NCBI GenBank assembly: GCA_963767115.1
Contig: CAVYCR010000001.1
Location: 66,430-130,429, forward strand
Reading direction: 5' to 3'
Length of the DNA: 64,000 bases
Origin: Candidatus Kaiserbacteria bacterium
GTDB taxonomy: Bacteria; Patescibacteriota; Minisyncoccia; Phycocordibacterales; UBA2100
The translations under genes were made by a program, and so were the position numbers. Under the pieces are notes generated by a model, which saw only the letters and a program-made list of their open reading frames with translations, searched no databases and was not told where the DNA came from. Every line of letters begins with the position of its first letter. The first letter of the stretch is position 1. Of the stretch, positions 8,266 to 18,001 are shown piece by piece.

Positions 8266-11200
8266 TCACGGGAACGAGGTCGGATTGATGGTATTGAGAT
8301 ACGTATGGATCAGGCTGTAGAAGTTGGCTTGCTGCGTCGGGGTGAGGTGCCCGCCGGTGTAGACCGCAGCTATGCCATGAGCCAAGGTCGACTGGAAGTG
8401 GTTGCTGTTTAAGGTGTCGTCGAAGCCCTGGGTACCGGTCCCTATCGAAGATCCGTTCTTATATACCGTAAGAGTTGCTGACTGCGCGCCGTTGCGATCG
8501 ATCGTATACCAGCCTGCGCCGGTTGCTCCGCCGGTAATGGTGACCCCGTTGTTCGCCGCCGCATTCAAGCCGCCGTAGACATTCGTATCCCCGAAGTCCT
8601 GATTTCCGCTGAGGTTGAACTGCGCGTTGGTGGTAGAGGCGATCGCTCCCTGCAGGATGCTTCCGGTGCTCCAGCCGCCGATGCTCGATGCGGTCGAGGT
8701 CATCGCTACGGCGTTGGTAGCCGCCCAGCCGAGGTCTATATATCTCGCATCGAAGACTGAGTTATTGAAGCCCGTATCGGTCGTAAAGGTCGGAGCTCCG
8801 ACCAGCGTCGCGCTATACGTGCCATTGGTGAGGTTGGTGAGCGCCGTCGCGGAATTCTGGGTCGCGAAGACATAGAAGATGTCGAGCTGCGACCAGACGC
8901 CGTCGGAAACGAGGGCGCAGATGAGATTCTTGTATGCGTTCTGATGGGTGGTGTCGACCGTGACGCGCGCGAGGAAGGACGCCGATTGCGTGCAGCCGCC
9001 GCCGAACGAGAGCGTCGAGGTCGCAAACGTGTTGGAATTCGATGATTCATTGCCGCTGGTGTCGACTGCGGTCACGACATAGGAGTAGCTCGTCGAGGCA
9101 GTGAGGCCGGTATCGTCGTAATGTATCAGCGTCGTCGAGGCGACCTTCGAGCTGTTACGGTAGATGTTGTAGTACGCGACGGCGACATTGTCGGTCGAGG
9201 ATGCCCACGAGAGATTGATGTCGTTGAACGCCGGTGTGCCGGTAAGGCTCGACGGCGACGACGGCGGCGTCGTGTCAGGAGTCGCGGTGGTAAAGGTTGT
9301 ATCGCTCGAGGTCGCGGTATTGCCGAAGCTGTCTGCCGAGACGACCGCGTAGTGATAGAGCGTGGTCGGGGTGAGCCCGGTGAGCGAGATGGAGTGCGCG
9401 GTGAGGAGGGTCGCCGACGATGACGCGCTGCCGTAAGCGGTCGTCGTACCATAGACGACCTTCGAGCTCGCGGCAGTATTCGTGTTCCACGTAACTGTCG
9501 CGGTCGAGGTCGCGATAGAGCTCGCATTTATAGAAGTGATGACGGGCGGATTGTTCTGCACGGTGACCGTCTCGCTCGATGTCGCGTAGAGGCCGGAGTT
9601 GTCCTTGGCGACCGCATAGAGCGTATGTGTGCCGTCGGAGACTCCCGTCGAATTCCAGGTGACGCTGTACGGCGAGGAGGTATCGGCCGCGCCGATGTTC
9701 GAGCCGTCGACTTCGAACTGCACTTGAGAGATCGTCCCGATACTATCAGATGCTGAGGCCGACACGGTGACAGCCGATCCTGAGACCGTGGCACCGCTGG
9801 AAGGTGCCGTGAGTGAGACTGCCGGACCGGAGACCGTAGGATCGGCATGAGGAGCGCTGATGAGACTGGTGAGGTCGGTAACCGCCTTATTGACTACCTG
9901 CACGTTGGCATAACGGACCGCTTCGTTTACAGAAATATCTCCGGGATAGCCGCGATAGATGCCTACTTTCCAATATCCGGCACCGGCGTTCCCGCTTGCA
10001 TTGGAGTTCGGGAAGAGCGTGCCGGTAGTCCCTGAGACGTTGACCACCTGGGTGCCGTTGATCCATACCTTGAGGTACGCGGACGAATTCGTCGTCGTGC
10101 CGACCTCCTGCTCGATGAACATGTGGTACCACTGGCCTCGGGTAATAGCGCTCGGCGAGGTGTAGATAGCGGACGGATTGCTTGCTCCGTCTTCGTCGAT
10201 TTCCCAGTGGTCCGTAGGAGTGAGATCGAACGCGACCGATGCGGGCGGGTAGCCGCCGATACCGTAATGGTACTGGCCCATGGTGTTCCAGGAAGCGTTG
10301 GTGACGAGCGCTCCCGGCTCGACCATGACTGAGTAGCTGATCTGCACTACATCGGAGCCCGGCCACGCTGTATTTGCGGCTCCATCGAGCTCCGAGCGCT
10401 CGGCACCGCTCGTGTTGTCGATATCCCACGGATGCACCTCGAAGCGATACATGTCACCCAACGCACCGGTCGTCGTTGACACGTTCGTCGCGTGCCACAT
10501 CGAGTAGCTGTCCCACGCGCTTTCAGTGAAGTATTGGACTCCATTGACGGTCTCGGTCGTATTGGCATACGGGCCGACGCCGCCGAAGTCGCCGTAATAG
10601 ATCGCGTTCCAATCGAAGCCGTCGCTCGTCGTCTGCGCGGTCGACGGGACGGTGATACCCCAGTAGCTGTCTTCATTGGCTGAGATCGTATCGCGCGCGG
10701 TCTGTTTGGCCGGATAGAGGATGATCTCGGCGATATCGCCGTTGCCCATGTTCGAGCCGCCGGTCGCGTCCATGCCGACGTAGAGTCCGGTCGCGTTGGG
10801 ATACGTTACCGTCGCGCCGCCGCCGTTGGCGAAGATCGTCTGGCCGGCAGCATGGATGCTTTGGTCGGAGCTGTTCACATCGTACTGGTAGAGCTCGTTT
10901 CTGAATATCTGGCCGAAGTCTTCCGGATTAGAGGTGTTGTTCTGATATCCGGATCCGTTCACGTAGACCTGGTTCTGCAAGCTGTCCGCCTCGCCGGCGC
11001 TCCCGATGAGACCCCAATCGACATCCGTCCAATCGCTGGTGGACGTATGCGGATACCCGATGACCCAGAAGTCTCCGTTACTCTCCGTTGCCGAGTACTT
11101 GCCGATCTTCGCGACGACGAACGCATCGACAGCTGAGGTCTTGTATGCGGCATTGTCGGCTGCCTTCATGCCGCAGGTCGTGCACCACTGGGCAAGCGGC

Positions 11201-14200
11201 TGGCCGCTATTGGATCCGGAAGCGACGTACTGCGGCTGGTCGCCGTTGGTGCTCTGCGTCAGGTTGTTGCTGTTGCCGGATTGGTCATAGAAGGTGGTGA
11301 CATAGCAGGTGGTCGAAGCGCAGAAAGATGCTGCCGTCGTCGTATCAAAATTACCGTTGGCGAGGAAGCCGATGTTGTCAGTCGTGTTGTCGGAAGCGCG
11401 GCGCAGCTGTACCGCATTGCCAGCGTAGGAACTGCTCAGCTTACGGAAGGAATATGCAGCAGTGGCGCCCGTCCAGCTATCGAGCGGTGCGACATATCCC
11501 AAACTGCCGCCGGAGGATGCCGTCGTAAAGTTCTGGTCGGATGAGGTGGCGATATTCCCCTGACCATCAGCGGATACGACTGCAAAGTGGTAGAGCGTCG
11601 AAGTGGCGAGGCCCGCGAGCGATATCACATGCGAGGTGACAAGCGAAGTAGACGAGGACACTGAGCCGTACGAGGTGGTTGTGCCGTAGACGACCTTTGA
11701 TGATGCGGGGTTGTTGGTCGTCCATGTGATGCTGGCATTCGTCTGGCTGGGGCTTCCGGAAGATATGGAGGAAATGACCGGGGCGCTGTTCTCGACATTG
11801 ACTGTGATTGAGGAGGTCGCGTAATTGCCTGAGGTGTCGACAGCAACCGCGGAAAGAGTATGCGAGCCGTCAGAGACGCCGGTGGAATTCCAGGTCGTCG
11901 AGTACGGAGAACTACTATCGGCCGCACCAATATTGGTGCCGTCGACCTTGAATTGCACACTCGCGACCGCCACGTTGTCTGACGATGTTGCCGAGAGGGT
12001 GACCGAAGAACCGGAGACACTCGCACCGCTTGACGGAGCAGTTAGGGACACGGTGGGTGGGATGGTATCGCCGCCGGCAGTGCTCGGCCATGTAGGCTGT
12101 GAACTCACGAGCCCCGAGTACTTGCCCGCGGTGGTGCTGATCATCTCGTTGCCGACCTGATACACAATGTCGGATGGATTGGCAACGCCCTTGTAGGGAA
12201 TCCACGGGACATCTCCAGTGTAAACACCGTTTTTGAGCGAAAGCGTCGATGGGGAGGAACTGAATATATTGCCGCTTTGATTGCATTGTTCGGTAAGCGT
12301 GCCGCCAACTGGACCGAGGTAGATCTGCTCGGAGCTTGAACTGCCGTTGTAATAGAGTTCATACTCGATGGCGTAGGTAGTACTCGTCGAGATATCGATA
12401 ACCGAGCCGCAGTCAGTACCATTAATGAAGGCCCGCATGGTCGGTTGACCGGCGCTGGTGCGGTCCATGCAGTCGATCCCGCCGCCATAATAGAGCTGGC
12501 CGACAATGCACCATTCGCCACCCTGCGAGACCATGTCGGGAATACTTTTGAATTTGAACTCGTAAAAGATACTCAGGTGCGTCCCTGGTGAATATGATGT
12601 CGCATCGAGTATTTCGCTTCTTGGGTGCTGCGTAATGCCGACATCGGAATCACCTCCGTTCACCACGAATTGCCACAGAGTCGGACAGTTCGTCCCAGCG
12701 GTACAGCCTGAAGTGTTGAGATTGGTCGCATAGGCTTCGCTCGGTCCTTCGGAGTGGATATAGCCGCCCGTTTGCGGCTGCCAGGTAATACCATTAGCAT
12801 CGGTCACTTGATAGTCGCCCAAAGCGGACGCGAAGCTGCCAGCAGATCCGCCCTCACCACCCGGATACGGCGGCAATAATTCCGGGCGCAGCGTATATCC
12901 GTCGGTCGTGCTCTGGTTCGTCGCAACTGTCGCGATCGGCGTAATGCCGTACTGCGAGTCGAGCCAGCCGTCGACGGTCGTACGATTGGCAGCCGTCTGG
13001 TTGACCATCGCCATTTGATGGAAGCAATTGTTGGACGTATTTTCAGAACCATTCGTGTTGCTGAAGAGCGTCGTTCCGACATTGGTCGAATAGGTGACGT
13101 TTGAACCGGACTGCGCAGCCGAAAGTTGCGTGGTGTCGTAGATAAGCTCTTCCGTGTAAGAGTCGACATCCCATACGGCCCAGCGTCCGCGCATGTATTG
13201 ATCGAGGTAACCGACTGTGCCTCCTGCCACGCCGGCGTTTTTCACCATGACCGGATCGCTTGCGGTACCGTCGATGTCTGCAGGCGAGAGCGAGAAGGCC
13301 CAGTACGCGCTTGAATCGAAGGTGTTGCTCGCGGGCCCCGCGACGATCCACGGACCACCGATGACGGAATTGGTGAGCTCGAACGTATCGCCGGTCTCAT
13401 TGAGTTGATTATTGAAGTTCTGGAGCAAGGAAAGGCTCGTACTTCCGCCAGTTGCCGTACCAGCGTATTGCTCCCACCACAGTGCGCTTGGATGGGTCAC
13501 GTCTTCCACACCGGGCTGTCCCGGGTTCCAGACACCGCCGCTCGAAGTCGAGAATCCCTGGAAGACCGAAGCGACGCCACTCTCTGCAATGTTCGTAATG
13601 TTGTGATTGCTCGTAGAGACGTTGCCGGTAATAGTGAAATACGGAAGATTTGGCTGCCAGCCGTTCCAGTCGAGCGTGCCCGGGTATGCGACGGCGAAGA
13701 GTTCAACCTTAGAGGTCGACTGGCTTGCGGAATAGGCATTGCTCATCGTGGAGTTTGGCTGCGCACAGACTTCCAAGAGACCATCGGCTCCTTCGGCGAT
13801 CTGAGGCATTTTTGCGAGCGTGTTCTGATTCCAGTCGTCCTCATGTCCTTCTACGGCACCAACGGTATCGTAGAGGGTCTTCACGTAACAGTACGTTCCC
13901 GAGCAGAATGAATTGAATTGGCTCACGCTTGCCGCGTGGGTGCTCGGGTCGAAGCCAATCGTCGTCGTCGCGTTGTCACTCGTGCGCTCGATGACAGCGA
14001 AGTTACCATTGTACGAGGACGCTGGTGAATACGCGCTCCAGCCGTCGGTCCATCCTTCGGACGGGTACTGATCAATTATGCCATTGTAGGTAACTCCCCC
14101 ACTCGCAGCCGTCGTAAACGTCTGATCAGACGACGTCGCCGTCGTCCCCGTCGCATCTGCAGAAACGACCGCGAAGTGGTACGTGGTATTGGCGGTGAGT

Positions 14201-17200
14201 CCGGTAAGTGAAATCGAATGTGAAGTCAGCAGCGTTGCTGAAGATGAGGCAGAACCATAGCTTGTCGTGGTGCCATAGACGACCTGTGAGTTGGCACTCT
14301 TGTCGGTCGTCCAAGTGATCGTGGCAGCGGTCGTCGTCGGCGTGCCCGAAGAGATTGACGAGATGACCGGAGCTGTGTCTGTCGCCGTGGTAGTCGTAAA
14401 CGTCTGGTCGCTCGACGTCGAGGTATTGCCCAGACTGTCAGCCGAAACGACCGCGAAGTGATACGTGGTGCCTGACGAGAGGCTGGTGAGCGAGATCGAG
14501 TGGCTCGTCACAAGTACCGCACTCGAGGAGGCGGAGCCATATGAAGACGTGAGTCCGTAGACGACCTTGGAGTTTGACGAGGTGTTGGTCGTCCAGGTGA
14601 TGGTCGAGGTGGCGGTCGCGGTTGATGAGGCGATCGACGAGATGACCGGCCCGGCGTTGGAGACGGTGAATGATATGACGGTCGAGGTCGCGTAGTTGTT
14701 GGAGGTGTCGCGGGCCACGGCAAAGGCACTGTGAGAACCGCTCGAGGTGGCCGTGGTATTGAACGTCGTACCGTACGGAGCACTCGTGTCCTCGCTTCCC
14801 TGCTTCATACCATCGACGTAGAAGGTGACGCCAGCAACGGCGACGTTGTCGGAAGCGGTGGCGGCAAGGGTCATCGTGCTTGACGTGGCTTCGCTCGATA
14901 CTGGTGAAGTCATCGTAACCGATGGAGGCGTCACGTCAGGTGTCGCGGTCGTCGTAAAGGTCTGGTCAGACGACGTCGCCGTATTCCCCTGCCCGTCAGA
15001 GGAGACCACGGCAAAGTGATAGACCGTTGAAGCAGTGAGTCCGGTAAGCGAGATTGAGTGACTGGTTGTAAATACTGCTGACGAAGAAGCAGAACCATAC
15101 GAAGATGTCGTGCCATACACCACCTTGGAAGTGGCATTCTCATCAGTCGTCCACGTGACGGTCGCGGTGGTCTGCGCAGTCGATGAAGCGATTGCAGAGA
15201 GCACCGGCGGCGTGTTGTCGTCGGTCACGGTGATCGCGGTGGAGGTGGCGTAGTTGTTGGAGGTGTCGCGGGCAACAGCAATGATCGTCTTCGATCCGCT
15301 TGAGGTTGCTGTCGAGTCCCAGGTGATGGAGTACGGTGATGAGGTGTCCTCGCTTCCCTGCTTGATACCGTTGACGTAGAAGGTGACGCCGGCAACGGCG
15401 ACGTTGTCAGAGGCGTTGGCTGAGATGGTGACGGAAGTTCCTGAGACGGTGGCGCCGTTTGAAGGTGCGGAGAGTGCAACGACAGGCGGAGTGATGTCAG
15501 CAGTCGTGAAGGTCTGGTCTGAGGAGGTGGAGACATTGCCAACGCTGTCGGTCGAGACGACCGCGTAGTGGTAGGTGGTGGCGGAGGTGAGGCTGGTGAG
15601 TGATATGGAGTGACTGGTAACGAATGATGCGCTTGATGAGGCGGAGCCGTAGCTTGCTGTCGTGCCGTACACCACCTTGGAGGTCGCGTTCTCGTTGGTG
15701 GTCCAAGTGATGGTTGCGCTGGTGCCTGCGGGAGTTCCTGCTGAGATGGATGAATTGACCGGGGGCGTGTTGTCGACGGTAACGCTCTCGCTCGTCGTTG
15801 CGTAGTTGCCCGAGGTGTCTTCAGCCACCGCGTAGAGCGTGTGCGTGCCGTCAGAGACACCGGTTGAATTCCACGTCATGGCATATGGTGAGGAGGTATC
15901 AGCGGCACCGATGTTCGTGCCGTCAACTTTGAATTGGACTTGAGCAACCGCGACGTTGTCAGAGGCGTTCGCGGTGAGCGAGACGGCGGAGGTGCCGACG
16001 GTAGCGCCTGATGCCGGGGCGGTGAGCGTAACGGAAGGTGGGGTGGTGTCCGGAGTCGAGCTTGAGGTAAAGGTCTGATCACTGGAGACGGAGAGCTTGC
16101 CCGCACCATTGGTGGAGCGGACGCGGTAGTGGTAGGTAGTGGCTGACGTGAGACCGGTCAAGACGACCGAGTGGCTCGTGACGAGCGAGGAATTGATCGT
16201 GGTGGTGGAGCCATATGCGCTCGTGAGTCCGTAGTTCACTTGTGAGTCAGCGGTTTGGTTGGTGGTCCAGTTGATCGTGGCGCTCGAGAGACCGGGCGTG
16301 CCTGAGGAGATCGAGGAGAGGACCGGGGCTGCGTTCTCGACGGTGACGGTGATTGACGAGGTTGCGTAGTTGCCTGAAGAATCCTGCGCGAGTGCTACGA
16401 TCGTGTGCGTACCGTCAGAAACGCCGGTTGAATCCCAGGTGATGGAGTACGGGGATGAAGTGTCTGCCGCACCGATGTTGTTGCCATCAACTCTGAATTG
16501 GACTGACGCAACCGCAACATTGTCAGTAGCAGCTGCCGTGAGTGTAACGGCTGATCCTGAGACTGCGGCACCTGAAGACGGTGCGGTGAGTGATACCGAT
16601 GGTGGCGTGAGATCAGCGGTTGTCGTTGCAACTGCAGGGATGGAAGCGCTCGAGACATTGCTCGAGGTATCGACGGCGGTGAGGGTGTAGGTGTAAGTGG
16701 TGTTGGGAGTAAGTCCGGTGTCGTTGAACGTGATGCCGGTCGGAGATGCGATGAGGACGCTGTTGCGGAAGAGCTGGTAGTTCTGCACGGCGACGTTGTC
16801 GGTTGCAGCAGTCCACGAGAGATCGATCTCGGTTGAGGAGGCGACGGATGCGATGAGGCCGGTTGGGGTCGAGGGTGGTGTCGTGTCGGTAGATGGACTG
16901 CCTCCACCACCCCCTCCTCCGCCACCTCCACCTCCACCTCCACCTCCGCCACTGTAGACCGGAGCGGAGACGGTCGTGAAGATCAAATCAGTTGATGTTG
17001 CCGCGTCACCTTGTATGTCATGCGACACGAGTTGGAAGTGGTAGGTTGTTCCTGCAATGAGGTTGCTGAGCGCAAGTGTGTGAGTGGTTGCAATGATGCT
17101 TGAGGTGGCGACGGATCCGTAACTCGTCGTGAGGCCGTAGTTGATGGTTGAATCTGATGATACGGGAGTAGTCCAAGTGATCGTGGCGCTGGTGGTGGTG

Positions 17201-17919
17201 GTCGAGACGTTGACGCTCGATATGATGAAGGCTGACGAGGGCGTGGAGACGGGGCCAGCGGGAGTGGAAGGCGTTGATGATCCTCCTGTTTCTTGGGTTT
17301 GTTGCGCGAGACTATTGAGGAGTGCACGCGTCTTGTTACCAACTGTGCCGTATCCGGTAGTAGTGGGTGTACCGGAAGAGACGATGCCGTGGGCTTTCTG
17401 AAGCGCTTTGACTGCTGCTTCGGTCAGGGGTCCGTAGAAGCCGGTTGGTGCTGATGCTGCGAGGAGTCCCTGGGCTTTGAGGATCTCTTGAGCGCAGGTG
17501 ACGTTCGCTCCGGTTGATCCGGGAGCGATGTTTGCAGTGATGGTGCAGAAAGTGGCGGAGGTGGCTGGTGTTGGGATTGGAGTCGTCTTGTGCGCAGCGA
17601 TGAGGGCCTTGAGTTCGGCTTCGAGGGTGGTGATGAGGGCTTCGAGAGTGGTGATTTCGGTTGCTTCGGAGGAAGTGGGGACGGTCGTGGTCGTAATGAC
17701 ACTAGTATTTATTGGTGAGGAGGTTACTGGGGTAGTTGCACTTACTCCCGGAAGAGAGATGAGCTTTTCAAGCGACGGGAGTGGAGGGAGTGCTACCGGT
17801 GTTACCGAGGTGAGGTTGAGTGCGGTTATCGCTACAGGGTAGAGAGCGAGCGCACCAAACACCGCTAATCCAAAGACACGCAACAATGAGGTCTTCGTGA
17901 GACCCTTCCCGTACTTCAC
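8266..17919 (-). CDS. Giant secreted/cell-surface multidomain protein (3217 aa): N-terminal anchor, PG-binding-like segment, Ig-like and FN3-like repeats, two polysaccharide-lyase/concanavalin-like regions, C-terminal lectin-like domain
   Basis: Single uninterrupted ORF. N-terminal hydrophobic segment LLRVFGLAVFGALALYPVAITAL. PG_binding-like CAQEILKAQGLL...GPLTEAAVKALQKAHG. Eight modules of the type ATITWTT-x-S(K/Q)VVYG-TSYGS...TTYH(F/Y)AVVS, and six modules of the type VSGS-VT...ATDNVAVA-VQFKVDG-NIGAADTSSPYS-TW-STGVSDG-HT. Two canonical FN3 domains (IDLSWTAATDNVAVQNYQLFRN and INLSWASSTDNVAVAYYNIYRN). Two regions with HPRSEIL/GAERSEL signatures as in concanavalin-fold polysaccharide lyases. 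Confidence 0.9.
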   Translation of the reverse strand: MKYGKGLTKTSLLRVFGLAVFGALALYPVAITALNLTSVTPVALPPLPSLEKLISLPGVSATTPVTSSPINTSVITTTTVPTSSEATEITTLEALITTLEAELKALIAAHKTTPIPTPATSATFCTITANIAPGSTGANVTCAQEILKAQGLLAASAPTGFYGPLTEAAVKALQKAHGIVSSGTPTTTGYGTVGNKTRALLNSLAQQTQETGGSSTPSTPAGPVSTPSSAFIISSVNVSTTTTSATITWTTPVSSDSTINYGLTTSYGSVATSSIIATTHTLALSNLIAGTTYHFQLVSHDIQGDAATSTDLIFTTVSAPVYSGGGGGGGGGGGGGGGGGSPSTDTTPPSTPTGLIASVASSTEIDLSWTAATDNVAVQNYQLFRNSVLIASPTGITFNDTGLTPNTTYTYTLTAVDTSSNVSSASIPAVATTTADLTPPSVSLTAPSSGAAVSGSAVTLTAAATDNVAVASVQFRVDGNNIGAADTSSPYSITWDSTGVSDGTHTIVALAQDSSGNYATSSITVTVENAAPVLSSISSGTPGLSSATINWTTNQTADSQVNYGLTSAYGSTTTINSSLVTSHSVVLTGLTSATTYHYRVRSTNGAGKLSVSSDQTFTSSSTPDTTPPSVTLTAPASGATVGTSAVSLTANASDNVAVAQVQFKVDGTNIGAADTSSPYAMTWNSTGVSDGTHTLYAVAEDTSGNYATTSESVTVDNTPPVNSSISAGTPAGTSATITWTTNENATSKVVYGTTASYGSASSSASFVTSHSISLTSLTSATTYHYAVVSTDSVGNVSTSSDQTFTTADITPPVVALSAPSNGATVSGTSVTISANASDNVAVAGVTFYVNGIKQGSEDTSSPYSITWDSTATSSGSKTIIAVARDTSNNYATSTAITVTDDNTPPVLSAIASSTAQTTATVTWTTDENATSKVVYGTTSSYGSASSSAVFTTSHSISLTGLTASTVYHFAVVSSDGQGNTATSSDQTFTTTATPDVTPPSVTMTSPVSSEATSSTMTLAATASDNVAVAGVTFYVDGMKQGSEDTSAPYGTTFNTTATSSGSHSAFAVARDTSNNYATSTVISFTVSNAGPVISSIASSTATATSTITWTTNTSSNSKVVYGLTSSYGSASSSAVLVTSHSISLTSLSSGTTYHFAVVSADSLGNTSTSSDQTFTTTTATDTAPVISSISSGTPTTTAATITWTTDKSANSQVVYGTTTSYGSASSSATLLTSHSISLTGLTANTTYHFAVVSADATGTTATSSDQTFTTAASGGVTYNGIIDQYPSEGWTDGWSAYSPASSYNGNFAVIERTSDNATTTIGFDPSTHAASVSQFNSFCSGTYCYVKTLYDTVGAVEGHEDDWNQNTLAKMPQIAEGADGLLEVCAQPNSTMSNAYSASQSTSKVELFAVAYPGTLDWNGWQPNLPYFTITGNVSTSNHNITNIAESGVASVFQGFSTSSGGVWNPGQPGVEDVTHPSALWWEQYAGTATGGSTSLSLLQNFNNQLNETGDTFELTNSVIGGPWIVAGPASNTFDSSAYWAFSLSPADIDGTASDPVMVKNAGVAGGTVGYLDQYMRGRWAVWDVDSYTEELIYDTTQLSAAQSGSNVTYSTNVGTTLFSNTNGSENTSNNCFHQMAMVNQTAANRTTVDGWLDSQYGITPIATVATNQSTTDGYTLRPELLPPYPGGEGGSAGSFASALGDYQVTDANGITWQPQTGGYIHSEGPSEAYATNLNTSGCTAGTNCPTLWQFVVNGGDSDVGITQHPRSEILDATSYSPGTHLSIFYEFKFKSIPDMVSQGGEWCIVGQLYYGGGIDCMDRTSAGQPTMRAFINGTDCGSVIDISTSTTYAIEYELYYNGSSSSEQIYLGPVGGTLTEQCNQSGNIFSSSPSTLSLKNGVYTGDVPWIPYKGVANPSDIVYQVGNEMISTTAGKYSGLVSSQPTWPSTAGGDTIPPTVSLTAPSSGASVSGSSVTLSATSSDNVAVASVQFKVDGTNIGAADSSSPYSTTWNSTGVSDGSHTLSAVAVDTSGNYATSSITVNVENSAPVISSISSGSPSQTNASITWTTNNPASSKVVYGTTTSYGSVSSSTSLVTSHVISLAGLATSTLYHFAVVSADGQGNIATSSDQNFTTASSGGSLGYVAPLDSWTGATAAYSFRKLSSSYAGNAVQLRRASDNTTDNIGFLANGNFDTTTAASFCASTTCYVTTFYDQSGNSNNLTQSTNGDQPQYVASGSNSGQPLAQWCTTCGMKAADNAAYKTSAVDAFVVAKIGKYSATESNGDFWVIGYPHTSTSDWTDVDWGLIGSAGEADSLQNQVYVNGSGYQNNTSNPEDFGQIFRNELYQYDVNSSDQSIHAAGQTIFANGGGATVTYPNATGLYVGMDATGGSNMGNGDIAEIILYPAKQTARDTISANEDSYWGITVPSTAQTTSDGFDWNAIYYGDFGGVGPYANTTETVNGVQYFTESAWDSYSMWHATNVSTTTGALGDMYRFEVHPWDIDNTSGAERSELDGAANTAWPGSDVVQISYSVMVEPGALVTNASWNTMGQYHYGIGGYPPASVAFDLTPTDHWEIDEDGASNPSAIYTSPSAITRGQWYHMFIEQEVGTTTNSSAYLKVWINGTQVVNVSGTTGTLFPNSNASGNAGAGYWKVGIYRGYPGDISVNEAVRYANVQVVNKAVTDLTSLISAPHADPTVSGPAVSLTAPSSGATVSGSAVTVSASASDSIGTISQVQFEVDGSNIGAADTSSPYSVTWNSTGVSDGTHTLYAVAKDNSGLYATSSETVTVQNNPPVITSINASSIATSTATVTWNTNTAASSKVVYGTTTAYGSASSSATLLTAHSISLTGLTPTTLYHYAVVSADSFGNTATSSDTTFTTATPDTTPPSSPSSLTGTPAFNDINLSWASSTDNVAVAYYNIYRNSSKVASTTLIHYDDTGLTASTSYSYVVTAVDTSGNESSNSNTFATSTLSFGGGCTQSASFLARVTVDTTHQNAYKNLICALVSDGVWSQLDIFYVFATQNSATALTNLTNGTYSATLVGAPTFTTDTGFNNSVFDARYIDLGWAATNAVAMTSTASSIGGWSTGSILQGAIASTTNAQFNLSGNQDFGDTNVYGGLNAAANNGVTITGGATGAGWYTIDRNGAQSATLTVYKNGSSIGTGTQGFDDTLNSNHFQSTLAHGIAAVYTGGHLTPTQQANFYSLIHTYLNTINPTSFP
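16900..16950 (-). repeat. Simple-sequence tract (GGN)x17 encoding 17 consecutive glycines inside the giant gene
   Basis: Minus strand reads ggc gga ggt gga ggt gga ggt gga ggt ggc gga gga ggg ggt ggt gga ggc, between ...APVYS and SPSTDTT.... Confidence 0.95.
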
Positions 17920-18001
17920 AGGGGAATAATACGCGGTTCGTTTGGTAAATCCAACTGGCGGGCAGATACGGGGTGTTGATAACTAGGATCCGCCTCTGTG
18001 C

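Noticed and set aside
8615-17842. Dozens of 60-210-aa ORFs on both strands inside the giant gene (for example 9126..9527, 15225..15860, 16395..16952)
   Set aside because: All are nested in or antisense to the single 9.65-kb ORF and are Pro/Arg/Ser-rich. The internal DNA repeats are protein-domain repeats, not a CRISPR array: there are no short identical repeats with unique spacers.
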